A DNA stretch of 64,000 nt from Octopus vulgaris (taxonomy: Eukaryota): NCBI GenBank assembly GCA_951406725.2, contig OX597838.1, positions 13,578,001 to 13,642,000 of the forward strand, given 5' to 3'. The notes beneath the pieces were generated by a model, which was given only the letters and a program-made list of their open reading frames with translations, did no database searches and was not told the DNA's origin. Positions 50,641 to 63,030 of this stretch are shown here, one piece after another (the stretch's first letter is position 1; each line of letters begins with the position of its first letter). A program made the position numbers and the translations under genes.

Positions 50641-51001
50641 ATTTGGTTTGCAGTTACTGTCCTAGAAAGTCCAATGGCAAAAAGGAAGTAACGAAGTAAT
50701 TCTCCAAGGTACTTCCTAACACCCTTTCGCTTTCTCTATTACATACCAACTATAATAATATTTCTATGTGCTTATTATAATATTAGCTTAAAAAGCGAGA
50801 AATGCATATTGAATAAAGCAGTCCTTGAAGAAATAAATATAACAGACGAGATGGTCACGATCGGAACGTGTTCATAAGTCAGTTCAACGAAGGTTGCTCT
50901 AAAACTAAACGATAGAAACAATTACATCTAATAAACACAAAGAAAGAAAAATAGATAATTAGAAAGTATAAATATTTGTTTTTGAAGGCTGTTATATGTC
51001 A

Positions 51002-51074
51002 GGTTTCGTGGTGTAGTGGTTATCACGTCTGCTTCACACGCAGAAGGCCGCGAGTTCGAGCCTCGCCGAAACCT
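51002..51074 (+). tRNA. tRNA-Val (anticodon CAC)
   Basis: Acceptor stem GGTTTCG/CGAAACC, anticodon stem TCTGC/GCAGA with CAC at 51035-51037, T arm GCGAG-TTCGAGC-CTCGC; T-run terminator at 51080; TATAAATA at about -30 (50967). Confidence 0.95.
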
Positions 51075-51316
51075 GCTAATTTTTTGATTTTTTTTTTTTT
51101 TTTCCTTTTACTCTTTATTCTTTTACGGGTTTCAGTCATTTTGACTGTGGCCATGCTGGAGCAGATCGACCCCAGGACTTATTCTTTGGCAGCCTAGTAC
51201 TTATTCTATCGGTCTCTTTTTGCCGAACCGCTAGATGACGGTGACGTAAACACACCACCATCGGTTGTCAAGCGATGTTGGGGGGTACAAACACAGACAC
51301 ACAAACATATACAGAT

Positions 51317-51367
<51 letters not shown>

Positions 51368-51750
51368 CTAGCAGTATCGCCCGGCGTTGCTCGGGTTTGT
51401 TTCGACCCTTTAGAATTGGAATTTTTGAAAAGTAAAAATTTTGTATTATGTAGCTTGTTATTCTCTTTAAGTGAACATTTTTCTGGTTGAAATACACCGA
51501 AAAATGGCGACACAGCTGTCAAAATCTCGTAAAAAATAGGGATTTTCATAGAAAAATAAGCACCTTTTTGATGTAAATAATTTTTGGTGTTAATATGGTC
51601 CGATTTGAATTTTTTCTTCTACGGAAGGAAGAGCAAGCTGTCTTCTATCATACTCTCAATTTTGGTCAACTTGTGCCGCAGGGTCTCGGAGGAGATAGTG
51701 TTTGTTGAAGGCTACCAAACCTGCCATACACAGACAACTTCAGCTTTATA
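51368..51750 (-). mobile_element. Non-autonomous Helitron
   Basis: CTAG end plus CCCGGCGTTGCTCGGG hairpin, inserted in the (TA)n of a SINE-A. Confidence 0.8.
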
Positions 51751-51754
51751 TATA

Positions 51755-52710
51755 TCTATATATATAAAACTGTAGTTGTGTGAGTGTCTGTCTCCTACGA
51801 TTTAGATTCCTAACTCCTCCCACATTTTGCGGTGCAGTTTAACCAAATTCGGGTATCTTATAGTCGTGATTAATATCAAGCCCGTCTGGCTATTAGCGCG
51901 CGTCTACGATGAGTCTACGATTTTAAAAATAATTTAACATAATTTTTTATTCCATTTTAATGCACAATTTTTCGTGTGTCGATGGCGGCGGAGTTGGCGT
52001 CCACGCTCAAACACCTGCACCTGTGTTTGCTTCTCCCCCTTCTACCCTCCCTCGTGAAGCTGTGGGGAAGGGAGTGTAAGGAAATCAACGTCGTAAAGCG
52101 TTGTCAAGGAGACCAGCGTTCTTTTAGAACAACGACTTCATGGCTTGAAGACACCAAAACAGAAATGGCTAACAAAGCCCGAATTGGCATCTATAAAGGA
52201 AGTAACTCTCTAAAAATGCTTATATAGTTATTTCCCTTACAAACCCGAGCAACGCCGGGCGATACTGCTAGTATATATATAAAACTCTAGTTGTGTGAGT
52301 GTCTGTCCCTTTCGATTTAGATTCCTAACTCCTCCCACATTTTGCGGTGCAGTTTAACCAAATTCGGGTATCTTGTATCATTTTTTATTCCATTTTAATG
52401 CATAATTTTTCGTGTGTCGATGGCGGCGGAGTTGGCGTCCACGCTCAAACACCTGCACCTGTGTTTGCTTCTCCCCCTTCTTCCCTCCCTCGTGAAGCTG
52501 TGGGGGAAGGGAGTGTAAGGAAATCAACGTCGTAAAGCGTTGTCAAGGAGACCAGCGTTCTTTTAGAACAACGACTTCATGGCTTGAAGACACCAAAACA
52601 GAAATGGCTAAGAAAGCCCGAATTGGCATCTATAAGGGAAGTAACTCTCTAAAAATGCTTATATAGTTATTTCCCTTACAAACCCGAGCAACGCCGGGCG
52701 ATACTGCTAG
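51755..52710 (+). mobile_element. Two head-to-tail non-autonomous Helitrons (51755-52271, 52272-52710)
   Basis: TC start; each copy ends CCCGAGCAACGCCGGGCGATACTGCTAG; shared internal sequence. Confidence 0.85.
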
Positions 52711-53256
52711 TATATATATATATATATATAGGTGCAGGAGTGGCTGTGTGGTAAGTAGCTTGCTTACCAACCACAAGGTTCCGGGTTCAGTACCACGGCG
52801 TATAGTATCTTCTACTATAGCCTCGGGCCGACCAAAGCCTTGTGAGTGGATTTGGTAAACGGAACCCAACCAAATTCACAGAAACGTCAATGTAAAAAGG
52901 GAAAACAGATCAGGTTTATCCGTGAAAAGAAAAGCCTACGGAAACACCACGGTAACCCTGGGCAAGAATGTCATACAAAAAGCACATTACAGTAAATGTC
53001 TCTCTTTTTCCTTTCTTTTTTTTCGTTCATAGGATCATGCTCAAGGTGGCGTCGTCATTCATACGTGCCATCCTTGCTACATTCACCCATCTTTTTTTTA
53101 AAACATTCGCTAGACAAAACTTGCCTCTTTACTCTCACTTTTTTCTTCAAGTGATACTTGAAGAAGTTGATGAGAGGTTGACCAGAGAGGAAAGTGTTTG
53201 TCTCCAATCCTTTCAGATGCGTCCACCAGATACATTCTTTCGCCATAGTTGGTGGT

Positions 53257-56200
53257 GGTCGTGGCAGAGTTGTCCGTAGTAGTCGTTGACTGTGAAGCTG
53301 TCGTCTGGGTTCTTCCAATTCTTCGTGTGTCAGCGTCCATGCTCGCACCTGCACCTGTCTCGCTCCTCCCTTCTTTCCCTCCCTCGTGAAGCAGTGGGGA
53401 AGCAGTAGGGAAATCAACGTCGTAAGTGTTGTCAAGGAGACCACCGTTCTTCTCGAAGAACGACTTCATGGCTTTGAAGTCGCCATGCTCAAAGCAGCAA
53501 AATGGCTTGGAAAGCCGAAGACGAATTTACAAAATGGGGAAACACGCCACACAAAGGCAGGTTTCCCGTGCAAAGAATTTGCACAACCGAATGTATTTAT
53601 TAGTTGTTGCACAATAGACGTCATTGATTAGTTGAAATTGCAGAAGAAAAAACAGCAAATATCTTACAAACTCTAGAATTTTCTGAATAAAGCCAAGAGA
53701 AAAAAATGTTTTATTTTGACACATTCTACAAGTATACGAAGTTTAAAATTTTTTTGAGAAGAACGGTGGTCTCCTTGACAACGCTTCACAGGTGCATGTG
53801 TGAGCCTGGACGCCGACACACGGAGAATTGGTGGTGTTGGTTGTGGTGGTGGTGGTGGTGGTGGTTGTGGTGGTGGTGGCGGTGGCGGTGGTGGTTGTGG
53901 TGGTGATGATGGTGGTGGTGATGGTGGTGGTGGTGGTGATGATGATGGTGGTGGTGGTGGCGGTGGTGATGATGGTGGTGGTGGAGTTGGTGATGGTGGT
54001 GGTGGTGGAGTTGGTGGTGGTGATGGTGGTGATGGTGGTGGTGGTGATGGTGGTGGTGGTGGTGGTGGCGGCGATGGTGGTGGTGGCGGCAATGGTGGTG
54101 GTGATGGTGGTGGCGATGGTGGTGGTGATGGTGGTGGTGGTAGTGATGGTGGCGGCGATGGTGGTGGTGATGGTGGTGGTGAAGGTGGTGGTGATGGTGG
54201 TGGTGATGGTGGTGGTGGTGGTAGTGATGGTGGTGGTGATGGTGGTGGTGATGGTGGTGGTGGTGCTGGTGGTGATGGTGGCGGCGATGGTGGTGGTGAT
54301 GGTGGTGGTGAAGGTGGTGGTGATGGTGGTGGTGATGGTGGTGGTGGTGGTAGTGATGGTGGTGGTGATGGTGGTGGTGGTGGTGGTGGTGGTGGTGGTG
54401 GTGGTGGTGGTGGTGGTGGTGGTGATGGTGGTGGTGATGGTGGTGATGGTGGTGGTGGTGATGGTGGTGGTGGTGGTGGTGGTGATGGTGGTGATGGTGG
54501 TGGTGGTGATGGTGGTGGTGGTGGTGGTGGTGGTGGTGGCGGTGGTGATGATGGTGGTGGTGGAGTTGGTGATGGTGGTGGTGGTGGAGTTGGTGGTGGT
54601 GGTGGTGGTGATGGTGGTGGTGGTGATGGTGGTGGTGGTGATGGTGGTGGTGGTGGCGGCGGCGATGGTGGTGGTAGTGGTGGTGGCGGCGATGGTGGTG
54701 GTGATGGTGGTGGCGATGGTGGTGGTGATGGTGGTGGTGGTGGTGATGGTGGCGGCGATGGTGGTGGTGATGGTGGCGGCGATGGTGGTGGTGATGGTGG
54801 TGGTGATGGTGGTGGTGGTGGTGGTGGTGGTGGTGGTGGTGGTGATGGTGGTGGGTGGTGGTGGTGGTGGTGGTGGTGGTGGTGGTGGTGGTGGTCGTGG
54901 CAGAGTTGTCCGTAGTAGTCGTTGACTGTGAAGCTGTCGTCTGGATTCTTCCAATTCTTCGTGTGTCGGCGTCCATGCTCGCACCTGCACCTGTCTCGCT
55001 CCTCCCCTTCTTTCCCTCCCTCGTGAAGCAGTGGGGAAGGGGAGGGTAGGGAAATCAACGTCGTAAGCGTTGTCAAGGAGACCACCGTTCTTCTCGAAGA
55101 ACGACTTCATGGCTTTGAAGTCGCCATGCTCAAAGCAGCAAAATGGCTTGGAAAGCCGAAGACGAATTTACAAAATGGGGAAACACGCCACACAAAGGCA
55201 GGTTTCCCGTGCAAAGAATTTGCACAACCGAATGTATTTATTAGTTGTTGCACAATAGACGTCATTGATTAGTTGAAATTGCAGAAGAAAAAACAGCAAA
55301 TATCTTACAAACTCTAGAATTTTCTGAATAAAGCCAAGAGAAAAAAATGTTTTATTTTGACACATTCTACAAGTATACGAAGTTTAAAATTTTTTTGAGA
55401 AGAACGGTGGTCTCCTTGACAACGCTTCACAGGTGCATGTGTGAGCCTGGACGCCGACACACGGAAAATTGGTGGTGTTGGTTGTGGTGGTGGTGGTGGT
55501 GGTGGTGGTGGTGGCGGTGGCGGTGGTGGTTGTGGTGGTGATGATGGTGGTGGTGATGATGGTTATGGTGGTGGTGATGATGACGGTGGTGGTGGTGGCG
55601 GTGGTGATGATGGTGGTGGTGGAGTTGGTGATGGTGGTGGTGGTGGAGTTGGTGGTGGTGATGGTGGTGGTGGTGATGGTGGTGGTGGTGGTGGTGGTGG
55701 TGGCGGCGATGGTGGTGGTGGCGGCAATGGTGGTGGTGATGGTGGTGGCGATGGTGGTGGTGGTGGTGATGGTGGTGGCGATGGTTGTGGTGATGGTGGT
55801 GGTGGTGGTGATGGTGGAGGCGATGGTGGTGGTAGTGGTGGTGGTGATGGTGGTGGCGATGGTGGTGGCAATGGTGGTGGTGGTGGTGGCGATGGTGGTG
55901 GTGATGGTGATGGTGATGGTGGTGGTGATGGTGGTGGTGGTGGTGGTGATGGTGGTGGTGGTGGTGATGGTGGTGGTCGTGGTGGTCGTGGTGGTCGTGG
56001 CAGAGTTGTCCGTAGTAGTCGTTGATTGTGAAGCTGTCGTCTGGGTTCTTCCAATTCTTCGTGTGTCGGCGTCCATGCTCGCACCTGCACCTGTCTCGCT
56101 CCTCCCCTTCTTTCCTCCCTCGTGAAGCAGTGGGGGAGGGGAGGGGAGGGAAATCAACGTCGTAAGCGTTGTCAAGGAGACCACCGTTCTTCTCGAACAA

Positions 56201-56365
56201 CGACTTCATGGCTTTGAAGTCGCCATGCTCAAAGCAGAAAATGGCTTGGAAAGCTGAAGACGAATTTACAAAATGGGGAAACACGCCACACAAAGGCAGG
56301 TTTCCCGTGCAAAGAATTTGCACAACCGAATGTATTTTGTATTTATTAGTTGTTGCACAACTTTT
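53257..56365. repeat. Macro-tandem array (about 2.3 units) of Helitron-related sequence with internal inverted repeats and long (GGT/GAT)n tracts
   Basis: Unit start GGTCGTGGCAGAGTTGTCCG at 53257, 54893 and 55993; GGT tracts at 53830-54895 and 55471-55995. Confidence 0.9.
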
Positions 56366-56632
56366 ACATAAAAAATATGATCCAAACACAAACTTTTGAA
56401 GACAATAAAAAGGCAAACTTACTACTATATAGTCGTCCTTTGGCTGCTATTTCTAAAATTTTCGGTATGTGGTCAAGCAACTTGTTGCAAAAACCCTTAT
56501 TATTATAATTATATAAGTTTTTCACCGAATATGATCTTTTTCCATACCGAAATACTACTAGGTGAAATATGTTGATTTTATTAAAGTAATTATATTTCAC
56601 CCTATATCTGTAATGATATATATATATATATA

Positions 56633-56845
56633 TAGTTAATCCAAACAGGAAAGCACAAAGAAACACAACAACGCAAGGACGTGGAGCAAATATAGTATTA
56701 TTGGACGCTTAGGAAAGAAGGAAAGAAGGAGGGTTTAATGTTTCGAGCGGAGATCTTTGTCGGAAACATAGGAGAAGGAAAGATCTAGAGAAGGGAAGAC
56801 AGAGGGAAAAAAATCGCCAACGGTACACCCGGGGTCACATTTTGA
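56633..56845 (-). mobile_element. Penelope-like terminal fragment with decayed hammerhead (56733-56767)
   Basis: Minus strand GTTT-CCGACAA-A-GATC-TCC-GCTC-GAA-ACATT-AAAC; flanked by (TA)n. Confidence 0.45.
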
Positions 56846-57124
56846 TATATATATATATATACACAAACACACACACACACACATATATATATATGAGAGA
56901 GAGATATGGAAATATATATATATATATATATGTGTGTGTATATAGATATATATTCATATATTCAAAGATGCGTATGAATATTAGAAGAAATATATATATA
57001 TATATACAAAATGAGAAAATGGAGAAATATATCTAAATCAATCATCAACTGTCAGATAATACCGAATCATATACTTTATTAAAACACTACACAATAGCAA
57101 TGATATTATATATTAATACAGTAC

Positions 57125-57180
<56 letters not shown>

Positions 57181-57468
57181 CACACATACATATATATTAT
57201 ACTCACACACACACATTTTTCCATGCATACATACATGTGTGTGTTTAATGCAACTTTGTATACATGAACAACTGACGTAAGCTGCATGTAATATGAAAGC
57301 CTGCACATGCTCCCCCCGCTATATATACACACATACGCACACCCCCACATATATGTATACACACACGCACAAAATTCAACCATCCGTAAACACATAAGGA
57401 AATGCTCCATGCTTGATCGCATCGTTTAGACATATGCACATATTATGCATATACTAAATATACATACA

Positions 57469-58270
57469 CTAGCAGCATAGCCCAGCGTTGCCCGGGTATG
57501 TAAGAGCCCCTAGTAGGCAACGACTAATCCCAATCTAGTCCTTTCCCTCTAGGGAACGAAGGCGCATGTGTAGGTTGCAATGTCTTCTCTTCACTCCCAA
57601 ATAACTATCAAACAGCTATCGATAACCCTAACCCTAACCCTAACCCAACCAATTGCGTCCCCTAGACAGTCTGTGGTTTGTGTTTAATACACAAATCGAT
57701 TTGCTATGTGTGCCACATATGATTTTATTAACCGATTTTTTCCAGTAATAAAGTATCATATTGGAATAAAAAGGGCCATATAGCTCCTTGGACCAGACAT
57801 GATGCTCGCTGTGAATTTAAAAAAAAATTCCTGCCAATTTGTGAAAGATATTGTCGAAAATATGTCATCTTGAATTTGAACGCGCTTTCCCAAAATGGCA
57901 TGATTTTATCGATTTTTTCTGATGGTAAGGTATTGCATGGAAAACTAACGTCAGAATTAAGTTTCTTAGGGTAACATTAAGCTTCACCATGAGTTTGGTG
58001 AAAATCGATTGCAAGTTGCGAAAACTACAACAGAAAATGTGTTGCATATAAAAAGCTTAGATTCTCGACCCCATGTCGAATTTATCGATTTTTTTCAGAA
58101 CTGGGGGAACTTTTCAAAATTTTCACTGCGTTAGTTTTGTATTATGACATTGGGCTATGTGTGTGTCAAGTTTCATCAGAATCGGTTGAAAGCCGTGGTC
58201 AGGGTCAGGGTACAACCTGACAGACACACAGACACACAGACAGACAAACTGCCGTTTATATAGAGAGAGA
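57469..58270 (-). mobile_element. Non-autonomous Helitron (second family) carrying (TTAGGG)4
   Basis: Minus strand TC...ACCCGGGCAACGCTGGG hairpin...CTAG; (TAACCC)4 at 57623-57646. Confidence 0.78.
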
Positions 58271-58908
58271 TATACGACGGACTTCTTTCAGTTTCCGTCT
58301 ACCAAATCCCGAGGCTACAGTAGAAGACACTTGCCCAAGATGCCACGCAGTGGGATTGAACCCGGAACCATGTGGTTCGTAAGCAAGCTACTTACCACAC
58401 AGCCACTCCTATGCCTTGTTGACTAAATACAGAATTCTATATTCCATATGTGGGAAGGCAACATATGTCCTATTTTAGTATTTCCTCTAACCCCGCAAGG
58501 CACGTTATTACTTTCATCCCGTTAGACGCAGACGAGCATAACTAGACGATTGTGTAGCTGTATGGTACAGGAGTTCGCTTCCCAGTAAGTTTTAGTCGCA
58601 TAAATGTGTGTCATTCCCCTTAATTTCTCATACTTCTGCAACAATTCATAGACTCATGATTTATTATAATGCATTATAAGATAGAATTCTGCTTCAAGCA
58701 CTCTGTGTAACCCCTATAACTTTTAAAAATTTTTTATAGGCGCAGGAGTGGCTGTGTGGTAAGTAGCTTGCTAACCAACCACATGGTTCCGGGTTCAGTC
58801 CCACTGCGTGGCATCTTGGGCAAGTGTCTTCTGCTATAGCCCCGGTCCGACCAAAGCCTTGTGAGTGGATTTGGTAGAGGGAAACTGAAAGAAGCCTGTC
58901 GTATATAT

Positions 58909-58942
<34 letters not shown>

Positions 58943-59821
58943 ATATGTGTTTGTGTATCTGTGTTTGTCTCCCTAGCATTGCTTGACAACCGATGCTGGT
59001 GTGTTTACGTCCCCGTCACTTAGCGGTTCGGCAAAAGAGACCGATAGAATAAGTACTGGGCTTACAAAGAATAAGTCCCGGGGTCGATTTGCTCGACTAA
59101 AGGGCGGTGCTCCAGCATGGCCGCAGTCAAATGACTGAAACAAGTAAAAGCGAGAGTATTTCCAGAATATTTTTATGAATTTGTGTTCTATACACGGGAA
59201 TTCTCACAATCATAAAAAAAAATTTAATTTTTTAAAAATACACACCCCACTATAAATCCTAAAATTTCCACTTTTTTCGAATTAAAAAAAAAAATCAGAG
59301 TTTAAAACATGGACAGCCTGAATTTTTGGTTTAAATCCTGTGCTGAACCAACCTTGGGGGTATCATCGTTCTAGTAAATGCATTTATGAGGAGAAAAATA
59401 TTGAAAATCATCAATAGATGGCAGCGACAAAGAAACGTGGAAGGTATTAGGTGGTCGGAGGATGTGCTAAAACAACAGCTAAATCGCTAATGTTTTTTGG
59501 CATAATTGTATAAATTCCTGTGTGTGAAAACAGTTACATGGAGTTGTATGGGGTGCTTACACCAGAATTCTGCCCATTATAATTCCATGTTTTTGTTTTT
59601 TTTGCTTTTTTTTTGGATCTTGTTAAATTTATCCTACACCAGATATCTGTCGACTTTTCTTTCACTTAAGTTGCTTTGCATGCTGATGACCAAGATTTCA
59701 TTCATTTTTTTTTTTTCTAGAAATTCTAGAAAATAAAAAATTTCGAAAATAAAAGGTTACGAATATTTAAAGTTATGCAATCATAAGCTTCCATTGACAA
59801 CATATCGACCATCACAACAGC

Positions 59822-59957
59822 ATGCTGTCATGGCATTTGCATTTTATCATTGTTTACTCACTTATTTTTGTTCAACAAAGTCACGTCTTGTCCTTACCTT
59901 CAAAACGCAGAGTAGACGAAACAGGGACAACTGAAGAAGGGGAATATTCCTTGTGTT
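59822..59957 (+). CDS. Possible first coding exon of a secreted protein (3' boundary uncertain)
   Basis: agcATG with A at -3; MLSWHLHFIIVYSLIFVQQSHVLS is signal-peptide-like, then LPSKRRVDETGTTEEG; strong acceptor upstream at about 59720; nearest GT donor is GTATGT at 59958. Confidence 0.4.
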
Positions 59958-60181
59958 GTATGTCTTGTACTCTGTTTGTTTTTTTCCATTGTTTGAAAAA
60001 AGTTCGTTTCCATGTTTTTATTTTTTTGTCTTCGTTTCTCATTATGTTCAACGTTTTTTTTTATGTCCTGTACCCATATATGCATATATATGTAGGTATG
60101 TACATATATCTATGTATATATGCATATATTTATATATTATTTATATTATTATATGATCGAATGCCACGCATCCTTTTCCAA

Positions 60182-60238
<57 letters not shown>

Positions 60239-60242
60239 CATG

Positions 60243-60284
<42 letters not shown>

Positions 60285-60321
60285 TAAATATAGCATATAT
60301 ATATATATATATATATGCTTG

Positions 60322-60715
60322 TGAAGACGCTCGACCTTTATTCTCTAGAAAAACGCCGACGCCTTGGTGATCTCATTCTTGCTCACAACATCATAAGCGG
60401 AAAGTGTAACCTCTCGAAAGAGCTGTTCTTCACTCCTGCTCCAGAGCGTCGGCTGCGGGGTCATTCCGAAAAGCTCTATCTGCAACTATTTCATCTCAAT
60501 CGAAGGAGAGGAGCTTTCTCTGTCCGGGTTGCGGATCCGTGGAATAAGCTGCCGGACGAGATAGTGAAGATGCCGACGACCGCTCGGTTCAAAGTCTCTC
60601 TTGACCAGAAATGGCCTGAACTCTTTGCATGAACACCACCCTGTACATAACTCCATGTTCCCCTACATGGCCTTGCTTTTTTGCTTTTTGAGCCAAAAAA
60701 TTAACTAACTAACTA
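60322..60715 (+). mobile_element. CR1-group LINE 3' end
   Basis: [16 protein letters not shown]...RLRGHS...FSVRVADPWNKLP, followed by a (CTAA)n tail. Confidence 0.88.
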
Positions 60716-61620
60716 TCTGTGGACTATACCAAGGCTTTTGATATTGTTAGTGGTAGTGCATTGTGGGTTATATTGGGGAAGCTTGGATGCTCTTCTGAAT
60801 TTGTTGGGATGCTGAAGGTACTTCATCACAACATAAACACAAAACTAAATTTCAATCGGTCACTTTCAGAACCAAATTCAGTGGGAAATGGTATCAGACA
60901 GAGTGATATAGGCGCAGGAATGGCTGTGTGGTAAGTAGCTTGCTAACCAACCACATGATTCCGGGTTCAGTCCCACTGCGTGGCATCTTGGGCAAGTGTC
61001 TTCTGCTATAGCCCCGGGCCGACCAATGCCTTGTGAGTGGATTTGGTAGACGGAAACTGAAAGAAGCCTGTTGTATATATGTATATATATGTGTGTGTGT
61101 TTGTGCGTCTGTGTTTGTCCCCCTAGCATTGCTTGACAACCGATGCTGGTGTGTTTACGTCCCCGTCACTTAGCGGTTCGGCAAAAGAGACCGATAGAAT
61201 AAGTACTGGGCTTACAAAGTATAAGTCCCGGGGTCGAGTTGCTCGACTAAAGGCGGTGCTCCAGCATGGCCGCAGTCAAATGACTGAAACAAGTAAAAGA
61301 GTAAAAGAGTAAAGAGAGTGATATATTAGCACCCACACTCTTCTTCATATACTTTACTGTAATACTAACATGTGCTTTCCAGGATTGCAAAATTGGTGTT
61401 TAAATGTGATTTAGAATCTCTGGCAAAGCCTTCACTCTATAATGTTTTACTGCCAAGTAAAAATCATTTGGCACTCTTGTTAGAGATCTACTTTATGCCA
61501 ATGATACAGATCTTGTGATTCACTCAGTAAAAGACATGCAGATGATGGTAGATTTCTTGGATGTGTGTACTGCATTTGGACTCAATATTTTAGCATGAAG
61601 ATGACAAAGGTTATGTACAC
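60716..61620 (+). mobile_element. Decayed RTE-clade reverse transcriptase fragment split by a SINE
   Basis: VDYTKAFDIV...NGIRQSDI | SINE | DILAPTLFFIYF...RDLLYANDT (YADD-like). Confidence 0.85.
60911..61314 (+). mobile_element. Full-length SINE family A with 11-bp TSD
   Basis: AGAGTGATATA at 60900-60910 and 61315-61325. Confidence 0.93.
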
Positions 61621-62801
61621 TCCGGCATTTGCCAATCTATTGACATATGACTCTGGAGTCACTGCTGTTCATAGAAAAGCAGGATTTGAAGTCAGGGTCT
61701 TCTCATCTAGAAATGCTGTGTTCAGTAAGAAACAGGCCTACTTTGAAAAGAATATGATCTTAGAAATCATGCATCGTGTGTGGACAGTAAGAGGAACTAT
61801 GTTAAAAAATGATCTTCATTTGGTCACATTCCATGAGAGTGTATTGCTCAGCCTATGAAAATTTCAGTTGACCCTTATAATAATAAGAATTATCATTATA
61901 CCTGCATTTGTGTTAATATTAACATTGAAAAAATCCAACTATTTCATAAAAAAGTTTGGACCTGGGTTTGCACCCCCTGAGCAAACTTTGTTTCCAAGCC
62001 ACTGGATCTCATACATGAGAGGCCTTCAACCTGCAGGCTTAAGGCCCCATGAGTGAAAGATTCCATGGTTGTAAGGCGGCGAGCTGGCAGAAACGTTAGC
62101 ACGCCGGGCGAAATGCTCAGCGGTATTTCGTCTGCGTTACGTTGTGAGTTCAAATTCCGCCGAGGTCGACTTTGCCTTTCATCCTTTCGGGGTCGATAAA
62201 TTAAGTACCAGTTACGCACTGGGGTCGATGTAATCGACATAATACCTATGTCTGTCCTTGTTTGTCCCCTCTGTGTTTAGCCCCTTGTGGGTAATAAAGA
62301 AATAGGTTGTAAGCCCTGCTACCACATGTTTCAGTCTTCACATGTGTAAAACTTCACATGTGCATAAATACACTGATATATGAGTTTGTAAGTGTAAGAA
62401 GATCTAAGACCACATCAAGGTAAAGCATTGTAGAACAGAACAGAGTGCAATACAATAAAGCATAAAAGAATAGTAACAACATTTAAAGAGCAAATCTGTT
62501 TAATCAAGCATTTCCATGGTATCTAAGATCCATTGACGGTAGTATGAAACATCAGTGAAGATAGCAGCATGAAACTCACATCCATACCCAAAGGATGTAA
62601 TACCAGCAACCACCATGGTACCACGATCAGGACAGTACAATGGGCCACCAGAATCTCCCTGAAAAAACAAAACAAAATTGGAAATGCATAAATAAATAGT
62701 TTAATATATTATATTACATTAGTTATTTGTAATAGAAACCTCATCAAGATCCAATCTGTCAAACTTTTGATTAGTTTGAAGTAGATCATCCTCATTATTG
62801 T

Positions 62802-63030
62802 TTAACCCTTTAGCATTTTAACCGGCCATGTCCGGCCAAAAGTATTCTATTTGTTTTATGTTCAAATTGGCCAGATCTGGTCTCTCACACCAGCCCTACA
62901 ATATCATTTTAAAAATTAACAGCTACCTCATCGAAATCTCATAGCTACAGGATAATGCCTGATTAGTTCAAAACAATGTGGATAAAAAAGGATTAATTTT
63001 GGCAGAATAATGTGAACACTAATGGGTTAA
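62802..63030. mobile_element. TTAA-flanked MITE
   Basis: TTAACCCTTTAGCATTT ... AACACTAATGGGTTAA. Confidence 0.6.

Noticed and set aside
53673-56416. Long Pro-, His-, Thr-, Gly- and Val-rich ORFs (extensin-like)
   Set aside because: All six frames are open because GGT/ACC repeats lack stops; they lie in a Helitron-related tandem array with no splice or signal evidence.
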